A stretch of 64,000 nucleotides of DNA from an uncultured Bacteroidales bacterium (GTDB lineage: Bacteria; Bacteroidota; Bacteroidia; Bacteroidales; F082): assembly GCA_946184615.1 (NCBI GenBank), contig CAMHFN010000011.1, positions 5,035-69,034 on the forward strand, read 5' to 3'. Under the pieces are notes generated by a model, which was given only the letters and a program-made list of their open reading frames with translations, did no database searches and was not told the DNA's origin. Positions within the stretch are counted from its first letter, which is position 1, and each line of letters opens with the position of its first letter. The translations under genes and the position numbers were made by a program. This document shows, one piece after another, positions 17,740 to 26,653 of this stretch.

Positions 17740-20700
17740 ATGAAACTCGTAAAACTCGAAATCCTCAACCTCGCTTCGCTCGACAACAAAGACGGCGAAG
17801 TCATCGACTTTGAAAAAGGTGCCTTAGGCGAAAGCAACATCTTCAGCATCGTAGGTCCTACCGGCAGCGGCAAATCGACCCTCCTCGACGCCATCTGCCT
17901 TGCCCTCTACAGCCGCGCCCCCCGCTACCCGAGAAAAAAGAACGAGAAAAGCTCCATCGAAATATACGGCAAAACCGACACCGAAGAATCAAACCGCCTC
18001 GCCCCTACCGACTGTCGCAACATCCTAACCCAAGGAAAAAAAGACGGGTTCAGCAAACTGACTTTCATCGCCAACAACGGATGCGTGTACCGCGCAGAAT
18101 GGCATGTCCGCTTCAAACAAAAATGCTATGACAACGCTGTCACCAAACTCTTCAAAATCACCTTCCCCAACGGAAAACCAGAAGAGACCATTGACGACTG
18201 GGAGAAACTTCCCCTCATCATCGGCCTCGACTACGAACAGTTTCTTCGCACCGTGCTCATCGCTCAAGGCTCCTTCGCCGATTTCCTCAACGCCAAGGAA
18301 AACGACCGATACGAACTGCTCGAAAAACTTGTTGGATGCGAAGAGACTTACACCCGTATCGCTAACGCCATCAAAACCAAAAGAGACGAAGCCCTTGAAG
18401 CCTTCAAAAACATGAATGCTTCCATAGCTGCCGACAAACAATACATACTCTCCGACGATAACCTCGCAAAGCTCCAGGAAGAAATCAAAGCCCTCGAAGA
18501 AGCAGAGAAAAAACGTGCCGACACCCTAAAAAAAGTGAAGGACGAACTGCAATGGTATGCCGACGAAGACAAACAAACCGAAGCCATAAAAGAGTTACAA
18601 GACAAGTTGAACCGCGCCGTAGAAGAACTTGAAAAAAACAAAAGCACCATGGACCGCCTCCTGCTGCACGACGCCATCGCACCGGCCATCCACTTGCTGC
18701 AAGAAGTGAAGCGACTGGAAAATGAAATCGCTGACTTGAAACAAAAAATCTCCGATAACAGAGGCAAAATCGAACAAATCGAACAAGAAAAGAAAAAGGA
18801 GTTGGAAACGCTGGAGCAACGGAATAAAAACGTTGCCGAAGCTCAAAAAGCCATCGAAGATAATGCTCCCCACATCAGAAAAGCCCGCGAACTGAAAACT
18901 AAAATCGAAGCGGCAACTAAAACCTGCGAGGAGAAGAAACAGACGAAAGCAACCGCCGACACCGATAAACAAGCCGCAGAAAAAGCGGTGACCGACAACG
19001 AGAAACAAATCAACGATGCCCTAACTGCTCTCGACGATGCCGCAAAGATCGTAAAGGAAACAGAAGAATCCATCTCAAAAAGGAAAGAGATTCTCCGTGA
19101 AGCCGCTACCAAAGCCACCGAAGCATTGGAAACAAAGAGAAAAGAAATTGACGGATGGAACGCCGAGCAACTTCAACACGAAAAATCCGATTCCGACAAG
19201 GCCTTAAGCGATATCCGCCAAGCAGCCGAAGTGACAGGCCTCCTTGATGCCGCACTTCAAGAAGCACAACAGAAGGACACACTCCGCTCCACCTTGCTGG
19301 AACGAAACAAAACCATCGAGGAAGAACTATCCAAACTCCAAATCGATGAACTCAACAAAGAAATCGATGCGCTCCGCATCACCTATATCCTGATGACCAG
19401 TGAGAACTGGGCCATGCACCGCTCTTCTCTCAAGGAAGGCGACGCCTGCCCTCTCTGTGGCGCTCAAGACCATCCCTACACACAAAGCGAAGCAAAGTTC
19501 AACGAGGCCAAATCTACCTTAGGGCAACTGCTAGATAGTAAAGAGATCGTCCTCAAAAAAAAGAAGGAACAAGAGAAAAAACGATCCGATGAACGGAGCA
19601 ACAACGTGGGTCAAATCAATGCCCTTATCGAACGACTGGAACAACTGACAGAAGACATCAAAAAATACAAAAAACAGCAGGAAGAACTGTTCAACCAATA
19701 CCCAGGATTCCCCCAAACGAAAGGAGAACTCGAAGCTCTATTCCCCTTCTTCGAAGAAAAACAAAAAAGAGCCAACGAAGCCCTTGACAAATACAACAAA
19801 ACACAGGCTGAAATCACCCAACTCACAACCGTAAAAGAGAAAGCCGTCAAGGAACAGACAACTTACGAACAAACGGCACACGGCCTGATGGAAAAAGCCA
19901 ACAGCAACCATGCCATCGCCGAAACCAAACTGGCTGAAGCCAAAGCACTCACCCCCAACCTTCTTCAGCAGCAGGAAGAGAAGCGCAAGGCCTTCGACAA
20001 AGCCTCAAATGAATTGCTTGAAGCTGAAAAAAACTTGAAAGGACTGGAAGACCAATACAAAGTGGAACTCAACGGTGAGGAGCCCGACACCGCGGAAAAC
20101 CGGCTGAACAAAGCAAAAGCCGAGGCCGAAAAGGCCGTCAAGGACAAAAATGAAGAGCTCAAACAACTCGAAGTAAAACTCGGGGAGATTCGAGGTGACC
20201 TTACTTCAAAAGAAAACCAACACAAAACAGATGAAGAAAAACGCAGGACGAATAATACCGAACTCGCGCAATGGATAGCTTCCTACAATGCCAAAGAAGA
20301 CCGGATCCGAGACATCAAGATGGAAGATGTGGAAGAAATGCGTACCGCCACAGATGACTGGGAGGCTCTCCGCCAAAAGAAAGAGCATCTCAACAACGCT
20401 GTCGTCTCGGCCAACACGCTGCTAGAACAAGCCAAGAAGACAAAAGAGGAGCACCAAAAAACAAAGCCGGAGAAAACTCGGGAGGATTTGCTGGTGGAGC
20501 AGGACGAACTACAAAAAAACAGCCAAAGCGATGCCCTCGTAACCGCCAAAACAAAGCAGAAAAACCACGATGACGCCCTCCTGCGCCTTGGCGACAAAGC
20601 CAGCGAATTTTCTCGCCTCACCAAGACCAAAGACGACTGGATCGCCATCACTGATGCCATCGGCGGTGAGGGGAAAACCCTCCGCAAGATCGCACAATGC

Positions 20701-21135
20701 TACACACTGAGCTTCCTCATTGAACATGCCAATGCAGAGATACGGAAGTTCAACAGTCGTTACGAACTGATGCAGGTAAAAAACTCTCTCGGCATCCGTG
20801 TCATCGACCATGATCGCGCTGACGACATCCGTGACACCACCTCGCTCTCAGGAGGCGAGACCTTCATCGTCAGTCTCGGCTTGGCTTTAGGGCTTTCTTC
20901 CCTGTCATCCCGCAACATCTCTTTCGAGAACTTGTTTATTGACGAAGGCTTCGGCACCCTCGATCCCGACACCCTTGCCACCGTCATCGACTCGCTCGCC
21001 ATGCTCCAGTCGAAACAAGGCAAGAAAGTGGGGGTCATCAGCCATACCGACACCATGAGCGAACGTATCACCACCCAAATACGCATCGTCAAAAACGGCA
21101 ACTCTGGCAGCAGCCATATTGAGTTTTATCCTTAA
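17740..21135 (+). CDS. sbcC: Exonuclease SbcCD, ATPase subunit C (Rad50-like)
   Basis: 1131 aa. Walker A is GPTGSGKSTLLDAI. A long coiled coil carries a central zinc hook CPLCGAQDHP. The signature motif is LSGGETF and Walker B is LFIDEGFGTLD. Confidence 0.9.
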   Translation: MKLVKLEILNLASLDNKDGEVIDFEKGALGESNIFSIVGPTGSGKSTLLDAICLALYSRAPRYPRKKNEKSSIEIYGKTDTEESNRLAPTDCRNILTQGKKDGFSKLTFIANNGCVYRAEWHVRFKQKCYDNAVTKLFKITFPNGKPEETIDDWEKLPLIIGLDYEQFLRTVLIAQGSFADFLNAKENDRYELLEKLVGCEETYTRIANAIKTKRDEALEAFKNMNASIAADKQYILSDDNLAKLQEEIKALEEAEKKRADTLKKVKDELQWYADEDKQTEAIKELQDKLNRAVEELEKNKSTMDRLLLHDAIAPAIHLLQEVKRLENEIADLKQKISDNRGKIEQIEQEKKKELETLEQRNKNVAEAQKAIEDNAPHIRKARELKTKIEAATKTCEEKKQTKATADTDKQAAEKAVTDNEKQINDALTALDDAAKIVKETEESISKRKEILREAATKATEALETKRKEIDGWNAEQLQHEKSDSDKALSDIRQAAEVTGLLDAALQEAQQKDTLRSTLLERNKTIEEELSKLQIDELNKEIDALRITYILMTSENWAMHRSSLKEGDACPLCGAQDHPYTQSEAKFNEAKSTLGQLLDSKEIVLKKKKEQEKKRSDERSNNVGQINALIERLEQLTEDIKKYKKQQEELFNQYPGFPQTKGELEALFPFFEEKQKRANEALDKYNKTQAEITQLTTVKEKAVKEQTTYEQTAHGLMEKANSNHAIAETKLAEAKALTPNLLQQQEEKRKAFDKASNELLEAEKNLKGLEDQYKVELNGEEPDTAENRLNKAKAEAEKAVKDKNEELKQLEVKLGEIRGDLTSKENQHKTDEEKRRTNNTELAQWIASYNAKEDRIRDIKMEDVEEMRTATDDWEALRQKKEHLNNAVVSANTLLEQAKKTKEEHQKTKPEKTREDLLVEQDELQKNSQSDALVTAKTKQKNHDDALLRLGDKASEFSRLTKTKDDWIAITDAIGGEGKTLRKIAQCYTLSFLIEHANAEIRKFNSRYELMQVKNSLGIRVIDHDRADDIRDTTSLSGGETFIVSLGLALGLSSLSSRNISFENLFIDEGFGTLDPDTLATVIDSLAMLQSKQGKKVGVISHTDTMSERITTQIRIVKNGNSGSSHIEFYP

Positions 21136-21162
21136 TAGTTTTCTTTTTTAATTCCTTTTCAC

Positions 21163-21170
21163 TACCTTTG
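21163..21170 (+). promoter_or_regulatory. Putative -7 promoter box TACCTTTG
   Basis: Matches TAnnTTTG, 25 nt upstream of ATG 21196. Confidence 0.4.
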
Positions 21171-21195
21171 CCTCAATATTCAAATTGAGGGTTTC

Positions 21196-22548
21196 ATGAA
21201 GAGACTATTTCCTATTCTATTATTAATCATTGGGTTATCCACCTCATTAAATGCTCAGTGGACCAGTTCTGGCAATGGAACCACCTATACCTTGCCCGAC
21301 TTAGTGGCTGCCACTGATGGTGTGGTCACCCAAGAAGGGACGGTGTTCACCATCCACGAAGACCTAACCATTACAACCAACGACGTGTTGCTTATCAACA
21401 ACCAAGTCTCTCGCATCGATGCCCCTGGCGTGCTTATCACCGTCAATGGCTCGCTCACCTGCAACATCACCGGTGACCGCGTGAAGCTCTATGGAACTGA
21501 AAGCCAACCGTTCAGCATGAGATTCGAAAATGCCACCAACTGCCTAATGAGAAAGATGTACCTTTCCGATGGTGCTGGCATCAAAGTGATTGAGTCGGAC
21601 ATCACCTTCGACGATGTCAAGTTTGTGTATTTCACCACCGATTACTGCCATGCCGTGATTGACATTTTCAATTGCAGCCCCGTCGTCAACGACTGCTATT
21701 TCATGCTGAACGAGGGGTCCGCCATTAGTTCACCCGCCAACGGACAGGCTTCGCCACAGATCCTGAATTGCGAACTCGATGCCAATGTCAACAGCCTCAA
21801 CGTTCCGCAAATCAACCTTGGCCCTGGTGGAGATGATACTATCCGCATCGTCGGAAACAACATCCATGGGACCTGGGCTACCTTCCATACGGGTGGTGTT
21901 TCCGTGGCCGACCTCATGGGTGTCGGCAACACCAAAGTCTTGTTGAAGAACAATACCATCAAAGATGGTCGCTATGGTTACAACCAACAAGGCCAGACGA
22001 TCTCCTCCGTCATCACAGGCAACCAATTCATCGACAACAACCATGAATCCGATCCCATGAACGGCGGTAGCGGCATCTCCATCTACGGCACCTCAACCAA
22101 TAACAAGGCCATCCTCCGCAACAATTTGATCACCGGTAACCTTTGGGGCATCACCGCCATCTATTACCATGACATCAACCTCGGCACCGAAGATGACTGG
22201 GGGCACAACGTGATTCATGACAACGGCAACGGCGGGGTCATCTATGACCTATACAACAATGCCAACTGCGACATCATGGCTGTAGGCAACGACTGGGGCA
22301 TCACCCAGGAAAGCGAGGTGGAAGACCACATTTTCCACCAAGTGGACGACCCTAGCCTCGGTTTGGTCACCTTCCTCCCCTTTGTGGGCTATGACCAGAT
22401 TGAAGAGATCACGGCCTCTGATATCGATCTCACAAAAGTCGATATCTACACCATCACCGGCCAGCGCGTCCATAATTCCGAATCGCTAAAACCCGGTATT
22501 TACATCGTACTATTCCAACAAAACGCTAAAAAACTAATCATTAAATAA
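21196..22548 (+). CDS. Secreted parallel beta-helix repeat protein with T9SS C-terminal sorting domain
   Basis: Signal peptide MKRLFPILLLIIGLSTSLNAQ. Repeated N-rich beta-helix rungs are visible (VGNNIHG, LKNNTIKDG, ITGNQFIDNN, LRNNLITGN, VIHDNGNGG). The CTD reads VDIYTITGQRVHNSESLKPGIYIVLFQQNAKKLIIK. Confidence 0.65.
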   Translation: MKRLFPILLLIIGLSTSLNAQWTSSGNGTTYTLPDLVAATDGVVTQEGTVFTIHEDLTITTNDVLLINNQVSRIDAPGVLITVNGSLTCNITGDRVKLYGTESQPFSMRFENATNCLMRKMYLSDGAGIKVIESDITFDDVKFVYFTTDYCHAVIDIFNCSPVVNDCYFMLNEGSAISSPANGQASPQILNCELDANVNSLNVPQINLGPGGDDTIRIVGNNIHGTWATFHTGGVSVADLMGVGNTKVLLKNNTIKDGRYGYNQQGQTISSVITGNQFIDNNHESDPMNGGSGISIYGTSTNNKAILRNNLITGNLWGITAIYYHDINLGTEDDWGHNVIHDNGNGGVIYDLYNNANCDIMAVGNDWGITQESEVEDHIFHQVDDPSLGLVTFLPFVGYDQIEEITASDIDLTKVDIYTITGQRVHNSESLKPGIYIVLFQQNAKKLIIK

Positions 22549-22561
22549 CTCCCAACTATAT

Positions 22562-23977
22562 ATGTTAAGAAAAATCAGAATCATCCTCGCCGTTATAATG
22601 ATCCTGCTGGTCACCCTCCTTTTTGTGGGTGTCGGCTACGGCATCAACTACGAACTTGGGAACGGTATCGACCGTTGGATTGGATGGGCGGCCAAAATTC
22701 AGTTCATTCCAGCCTTGCTCTCACTGTCTTACCTGGTAGCGATCATCATCCTCCTCGTTGCTGCGACATTTGGCAGGATCTATTGTAGCGTGATTTGTCC
22801 CTTAGGCATCATGCAAGACTTTTACTCTTGGCTTGGGGGCAAGTTTAAGAAAAACCGTTTCAGTTATGTGAAAGAACACAAATGGCTACGTTACACCATT
22901 TGTGTCATCTTTTTCATCTGCCTCTTCATCGGCATTGCACCTGTGGCCACCCTGTTGGAACCTTACGGCAACTACGGCCGTATCGTCACCAGTTTCTACA
23001 TGCGCAACATCACGGTCTCCATCATCGCATGGGTGGTCATGCTCATCCTCGGGGTGTTGGCCTTCCTCTATGGCAGAGCCTATTGCAATTCGATTTGTCC
23101 TGTAGGCACGATTCTAGGTCTCTTTGCCAAAAACGCACCGTTTCGTGTGCGTTTCGATGAAAGCAAATGCAAGCATTGCGGTCTCTGTGAAAAGAACTGC
23201 AAGTCCCGCGCCATCGACTCGAAGGCCGGCACGGTGGACACCTCCCGTTGCGTAGTCTGCGGTGACTGCCTCGCCCAATGCCAATTCGACGCCTTACACT
23301 ATACCTCGAAGAAGACGGTTTCAAAAACTGAAACATCCACCGTAGAACCCGACCAAGGTCGTCGCTCTTTTTTAGTAGGAGCGGCACTGGTGACGGGAAC
23401 CGCTGCCATGGCCCAAGCCGAGATGAAAGTCGATGGCGGTCTGGCGGTTATCACCGAAAAACAGGCTCCTAAACGAGAGACACCCCTGACACCTCCTGGT
23501 TCCATCTCAGCACGACACATGCAGAAGAACTGCACCGCTTGTCAGCTTTGCGTATCGGCCTGTCCCAACCATGTGCTGCGTCCCTCGACGGATCTCATGC
23601 ACTTCATGCAGCCCACCATGTCGTTCGAACGCGGCTATTGCCGTCCTGAGTGTACCCGTTGCAGCCAAGTCTGTCCTTCGGGAGCCATCCAACCCATCAC
23701 CAAAGAAGAGAAGACCGCCATCCATACTGGTCACGCCGTCTGGATCAAGGACAATTGTGTGGTGCTCACCGATGGTGTCAGTTGTGGCAACTGTGCCCGA
23801 CACTGCCCCACCGGTGCCATTCAGATGGTTGAATACCAACATAACGGCCAAACCGTCATGATCCCCGCTGTGGACAGAAACAAATGCATCGGTTGTGGTG
23901 CCTGTGAAAACCTATGCCCCTCAAGGCCGTTCAGTGCCATTTACGTCGAAGGGAACGTCTTGCATCATAAGGATTAG
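22562..23977 (+). CDS. Membrane polyferredoxin: NapH/NosH-like 4-TM domain fused to a NapG/NosG-like multi-[4Fe-4S] domain
   Basis: Four hydrophobic helices with GRIYCSVICPLG and GRAYCNSICPVG. Next come CKHCGLCEKNC and CVVCGDCLAQC. An internal segment RRSFLVGAALVTGTAAMAQA (nt 23360-23419) follows. Then four more Cys clusters (CTACQLCVSACP, CTRCSQVCP, CGNCARHCP, CIGCGACENLCP). Confidence 0.7.
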   Translation: MLRKIRIILAVIMILLVTLLFVGVGYGINYELGNGIDRWIGWAAKIQFIPALLSLSYLVAIIILLVAATFGRIYCSVICPLGIMQDFYSWLGGKFKKNRFSYVKEHKWLRYTICVIFFICLFIGIAPVATLLEPYGNYGRIVTSFYMRNITVSIIAWVVMLILGVLAFLYGRAYCNSICPVGTILGLFAKNAPFRVRFDESKCKHCGLCEKNCKSRAIDSKAGTVDTSRCVVCGDCLAQCQFDALHYTSKKTVSKTETSTVEPDQGRRSFLVGAALVTGTAAMAQAEMKVDGGLAVITEKQAPKRETPLTPPGSISARHMQKNCTACQLCVSACPNHVLRPSTDLMHFMQPTMSFERGYCRPECTRCSQVCPSGAIQPITKEEKTAIHTGHAVWIKDNCVVLTDGVSCGNCARHCPTGAIQMVEYQHNGQTVMIPAVDRNKCIGCGACENLCPSRPFSAIYVEGNVLHHKD

Positions 23978-24010
23978 AAGTCAGAATATAGAAGTCAGAA
24001 GTCAGAATGA
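23976..24010. repeat. Heptamer tandem repeat (AGAAGTC AGAATAT AGAAGTC AGAAGTC AGAATGA) spanning the whole intergenic gap
   Basis: The repeat runs from inside the TAG stop (23975-23977) into ATG 24007. Confidence 0.85.
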
Positions 24011-25413
24011 AAAGAAGAGATTTTATTAAGAAAATGGGCGGTGCAGCCATAGCGACCTCTGTGGTGCTCTCCGCCTGCGAATCGAATAACAACAAACCCG
24101 TCATCACCCCCACCAATGTCATCGATGGACAAGGTGAAATGACCTACCGTGTCAACCCCAACAGCGGCGACAAAGTATCACTCCTAGGGTATGGCATGAT
24201 GCGACTTCCTATAGAAAACGGTGCTGACTTACGTCAAAACCCCGATGCCCAAGTCGACCAAGAGATGGTGAATGAGGAAATAGACTATGCCCTCGCTCAT
24301 GGTGTCAACTATTTCGACACTGCTCCTGTTTACACCCGTGGACGGTCGGAAGGGGTTACAGGGATCGCCCTCTCGAGGCATCCCCGAAAGAGTTATTTCA
24401 TAGCGACAAAACTGTCGAATTTCAGTCCTAGCACATGGAGTACAGAGGCTTCAAGGGCCATGTTTGAGAATTCGTTGAAGCAATTGCAAACCGACTATGT
24501 CGATTATTTGCTCCTTCATAGTATCGGAGGCAGCAACAACGAGCTGGATGGCATGGGCATGTTCAACGCCCGTTTCATCGACAACGGCATCCTTGACTGG
24601 CTGGTGGAGCAGAAACAAGCGGGCCGCATTCGCAACCTGGGTTTCTCTTTCCATGGCGATCCCAAGGTTTTCGACACCCTGATGCAATGGCACGACGAAA
24701 ACAAGTACCATTGGGACTTCGTACAGATCCAGATGAACTATGCCGATTGGAACTATGCCAATGTCATCGACCCCGACAACGTCAATGCAAGTTATCTATA
24801 CGAAGAATTACACCGTCGCGGCATCCCAGTAGTCATCATGGAGCCCCTCCTTGGTGGTCGTCTGGCCAAACAGCCCGACTTCATCGTAAAACAAATGCAG
24901 GAAAGGGAGCCCGAGACTCCCGTAGCCCGTTGGGCCTTCCGTTTTGCAGGGACCCCTGAGGGTGTGTTGGTGGTGCTCAGTGGAATGACCTACATGGAAC
25001 ATCTTGTGGAGAATGTCGCCACTTACTCACCGCTACGCCCCATTACCCCTGAGGAAAACGAGTTCTTAATGAAAGTCGCTGAAGAATTTGTAGAGCTGAA
25101 AACCGTCCCTTGTACAGCTTGCAACTACTGCATGCCTTGTCCCTACGGTTTGAACATCCCGCTCATCTTCGCACATTACAACGACTGCATCACCGAAGGC
25201 AATATGCCCGCTGGCAACCCCGAGGCTGAAGAATACCGCCAAAATAGACGCGCCTTCTTGTTAGGATACGACAAGAAGTTGCCCTACGAACGACAGGCTA
25301 GCCATTGTATCGGCTGCCGCCAATGTGAATCGCACTGTCCTCAGAAAATCGCCATCGCCGATGAGATGCAACGCATCGACGAGTTTGTGGAGCACCTTAA
25401 ACAGCAAGGATGA
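24007..25413 (+). CDS. Tat-signal lipoprotein aldo/keto reductase with C-terminal Fe-S cluster motifs
   Basis: The N-terminus MKRRDFIKKMGGAAIATSVVLSAC combines a twin-arginine motif with a lipobox Cys. The AKR core contains GVNYFDTAPVY and YVDYLLLHS. The C-terminus carries CTACNYCMPCP and CIGCRQCESHCP. Confidence 0.75.
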   Translation: MKRRDFIKKMGGAAIATSVVLSACESNNNKPVITPTNVIDGQGEMTYRVNPNSGDKVSLLGYGMMRLPIENGADLRQNPDAQVDQEMVNEEIDYALAHGVNYFDTAPVYTRGRSEGVTGIALSRHPRKSYFIATKLSNFSPSTWSTEASRAMFENSLKQLQTDYVDYLLLHSIGGSNNELDGMGMFNARFIDNGILDWLVEQKQAGRIRNLGFSFHGDPKVFDTLMQWHDENKYHWDFVQIQMNYADWNYANVIDPDNVNASYLYEELHRRGIPVVIMEPLLGGRLAKQPDFIVKQMQEREPETPVARWAFRFAGTPEGVLVVLSGMTYMEHLVENVATYSPLRPITPEENEFLMKVAEEFVELKTVPCTACNYCMPCPYGLNIPLIFAHYNDCITEGNMPAGNPEAEEYRQNRRAFLLGYDKKLPYERQASHCIGCRQCESHCPQKIAIADEMQRIDEFVEHLKQQG

Positions 25414-26061
25414 TTATTTGTCAGGATATTTGGCAAAATACACATTTACCTCAGCGTTGAACTCATCGACCCATGCGATGATCTCGTCTTCAGGCATGTA
25501 TTCCTTCATCTCTTCCACCATCTCTTGAGTGTACGATGGCCAATCGATGGAACGTAACAGCTCACGCTGGTCGTTGATGTAACGGATAAGTTCGTCCTTT
25601 GTCCCGTCGAAATTGTCGATCACCCAGTCGTCGTTCTCAAAGTGCATCACAATATCGTGATCCTGATGGATATAATTCATCTTGACGTAGGAATTGTAAT
25701 CATCCACCTTCGTTGCCTCCAAAATCGTCTTAGGATGACTCGTGCATTCACAATCACCGTTGCCCGTCATGAAATAGAACAACCACTCGTTTTCTCCAAT
25801 TCCCATGAGATCATTCACTGGAATCGCCCATGCCTCTTCCAGCAGTTTGAAATAATCCTCCGAAAAAGCAGGTTTGATGGAAGGATCGAATGCGTGGTCA
25901 GGAACATAATCGATCAGCTTTTGAGCACTTTGGCTGATATACTCCGTAGTAAACTTCTCGGGATGAAGGTCATACGGAGTTGCAGGTTGTTTTTTTGATT
26001 TCGTTGGGTTGCATTGGCACAACACGAGTGCCAACAGCAACAATGACATGATCTTTTTCAT
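25414..26061 (-). CDS. Lipoprotein of unknown function
   Basis: Trimmed to ATG 26061 (MKKIMSLLLLALVLCQC lipobox). I recognise no family with confidence. Confidence 0.55.
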   Translation of the reverse strand: MKKIMSLLLLALVLCQCNPTKSKKQPATPYDLHPEKFTTEYISQSAQKLIDYVPDHAFDPSIKPAFSEDYFKLLEEAWAIPVNDLMGIGENEWLFYFMTGNGDCECTSHPKTILEATKVDDYNSYVKMNYIHQDHDIVMHFENDDWVIDNFDGTKDELIRYINDQRELLRSIDWPSYTQEMVEEMKEYMPEDEIIAWVDEFNAEVNVYFAKYPDK

Positions 26062-26126
26062 AGCATTTTTAATATGGATTAGAGGTACAAAAATAGCAAT
26101 TCTTCCATACCAATCCAATATTTTCT

Positions 26127-26134
26127 TATTTTTG
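26127..26134 (+). promoter_or_regulatory. Putative -7 promoter box TATTTTTG for tRNA-Arg
   Basis: Matches TAnnTTTG, 17 nt upstream of the tRNA 5' end. Confidence 0.45.
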
Positions 26135-26151
26135 CAGCACTTTAAACCTAC

Positions 26152-26223
26152 GGACCCGTAGTTTAATGGATAGAATAAAGGATTCCGGTTCCTTCGATCA
26201 GGGTTCGATTCCCTGCGGGTTCA
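26152..26223 (+). tRNA. tRNA-Arg (anticodon CCG)
   Basis: Sequence GGACCCGTAGTTTAATGGATAGAATAAAGGATTCCGGTTCCTTCGATCAGGGTTCGATTCCCTGCGGGTTCA. The anticodon loop is TTCCGGT and the T-arm is CAGGGTTCGATTCCCTG. Confidence 0.85.
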
Positions 26224-26239
26224 CTTCATTAATTGACAA

Positions 26240-26641
26240 TCAATTCGTATCTTTCCGGTAATTTACGATGACCTTTCCCAACGGTGTTGCCGTTTGGGTT
26301 TCGATGATGTCATTAGCATAACGACCAAAAAGATTACCCTCAAAATAAAGGTTCTGTTTTTGCAGGGAGCAGTGCCCTTGCAAGGTATCCCCACCTGACA
26401 CAAAAGTCAGCACCGAATCCTCATTGATTTCAAGGATATTGCCTTTCTCCAATTCACCATACTGACGCACCATCTCAGGTGTAGCCTTGGTCTCGTCGAA
26501 TTCCACATGGACACGTTCCACCGTCCAACGGCCAATAAAGGGGTCGTTCTGACGACAGGAAGTCATGAACAAAATAAAGAACAACACCGCCACTGGGCTA
26601 GCATTTCGAAAGGAATGTAGCGAATGATAGGATTTCTTCAT
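26240..26641 (-). CDS. Small lipoprotein of unknown function (possibly lipocalin-like)
   Basis: 133 aa. Hydrophobic leader with lipobox LFMTSC. GRWTVERVHVEF and similar beta-rich sequence follow. Confidence 0.5.
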   Translation of the reverse strand: MKKSYHSLHSFRNASPVAVLFFILFMTSCRQNDPFIGRWTVERVHVEFDETKATPEMVRQYGELEKGNILEINEDSVLTFVSGGDTLQGHCSLQKQNLYFEGNLFGRYANDIIETQTATPLGKVIVNYRKDTN

Positions 26642-26653
26642 CGTTCTACAGGG

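Noticed and set aside
16457-21135. SbcCD considered as a possible defence or novel SMC-type system, because it sits next to tmRNA (a frequent island integration site)
   Set aside because: Sizes, motifs (Mre11 phosphoesterase motifs, Walker A/B, CPLCG zinc hook) and the two-gene layout are those of canonical housekeeping SbcCD. No integrase and no repeated tmRNA 3' end were seen by eye downstream.
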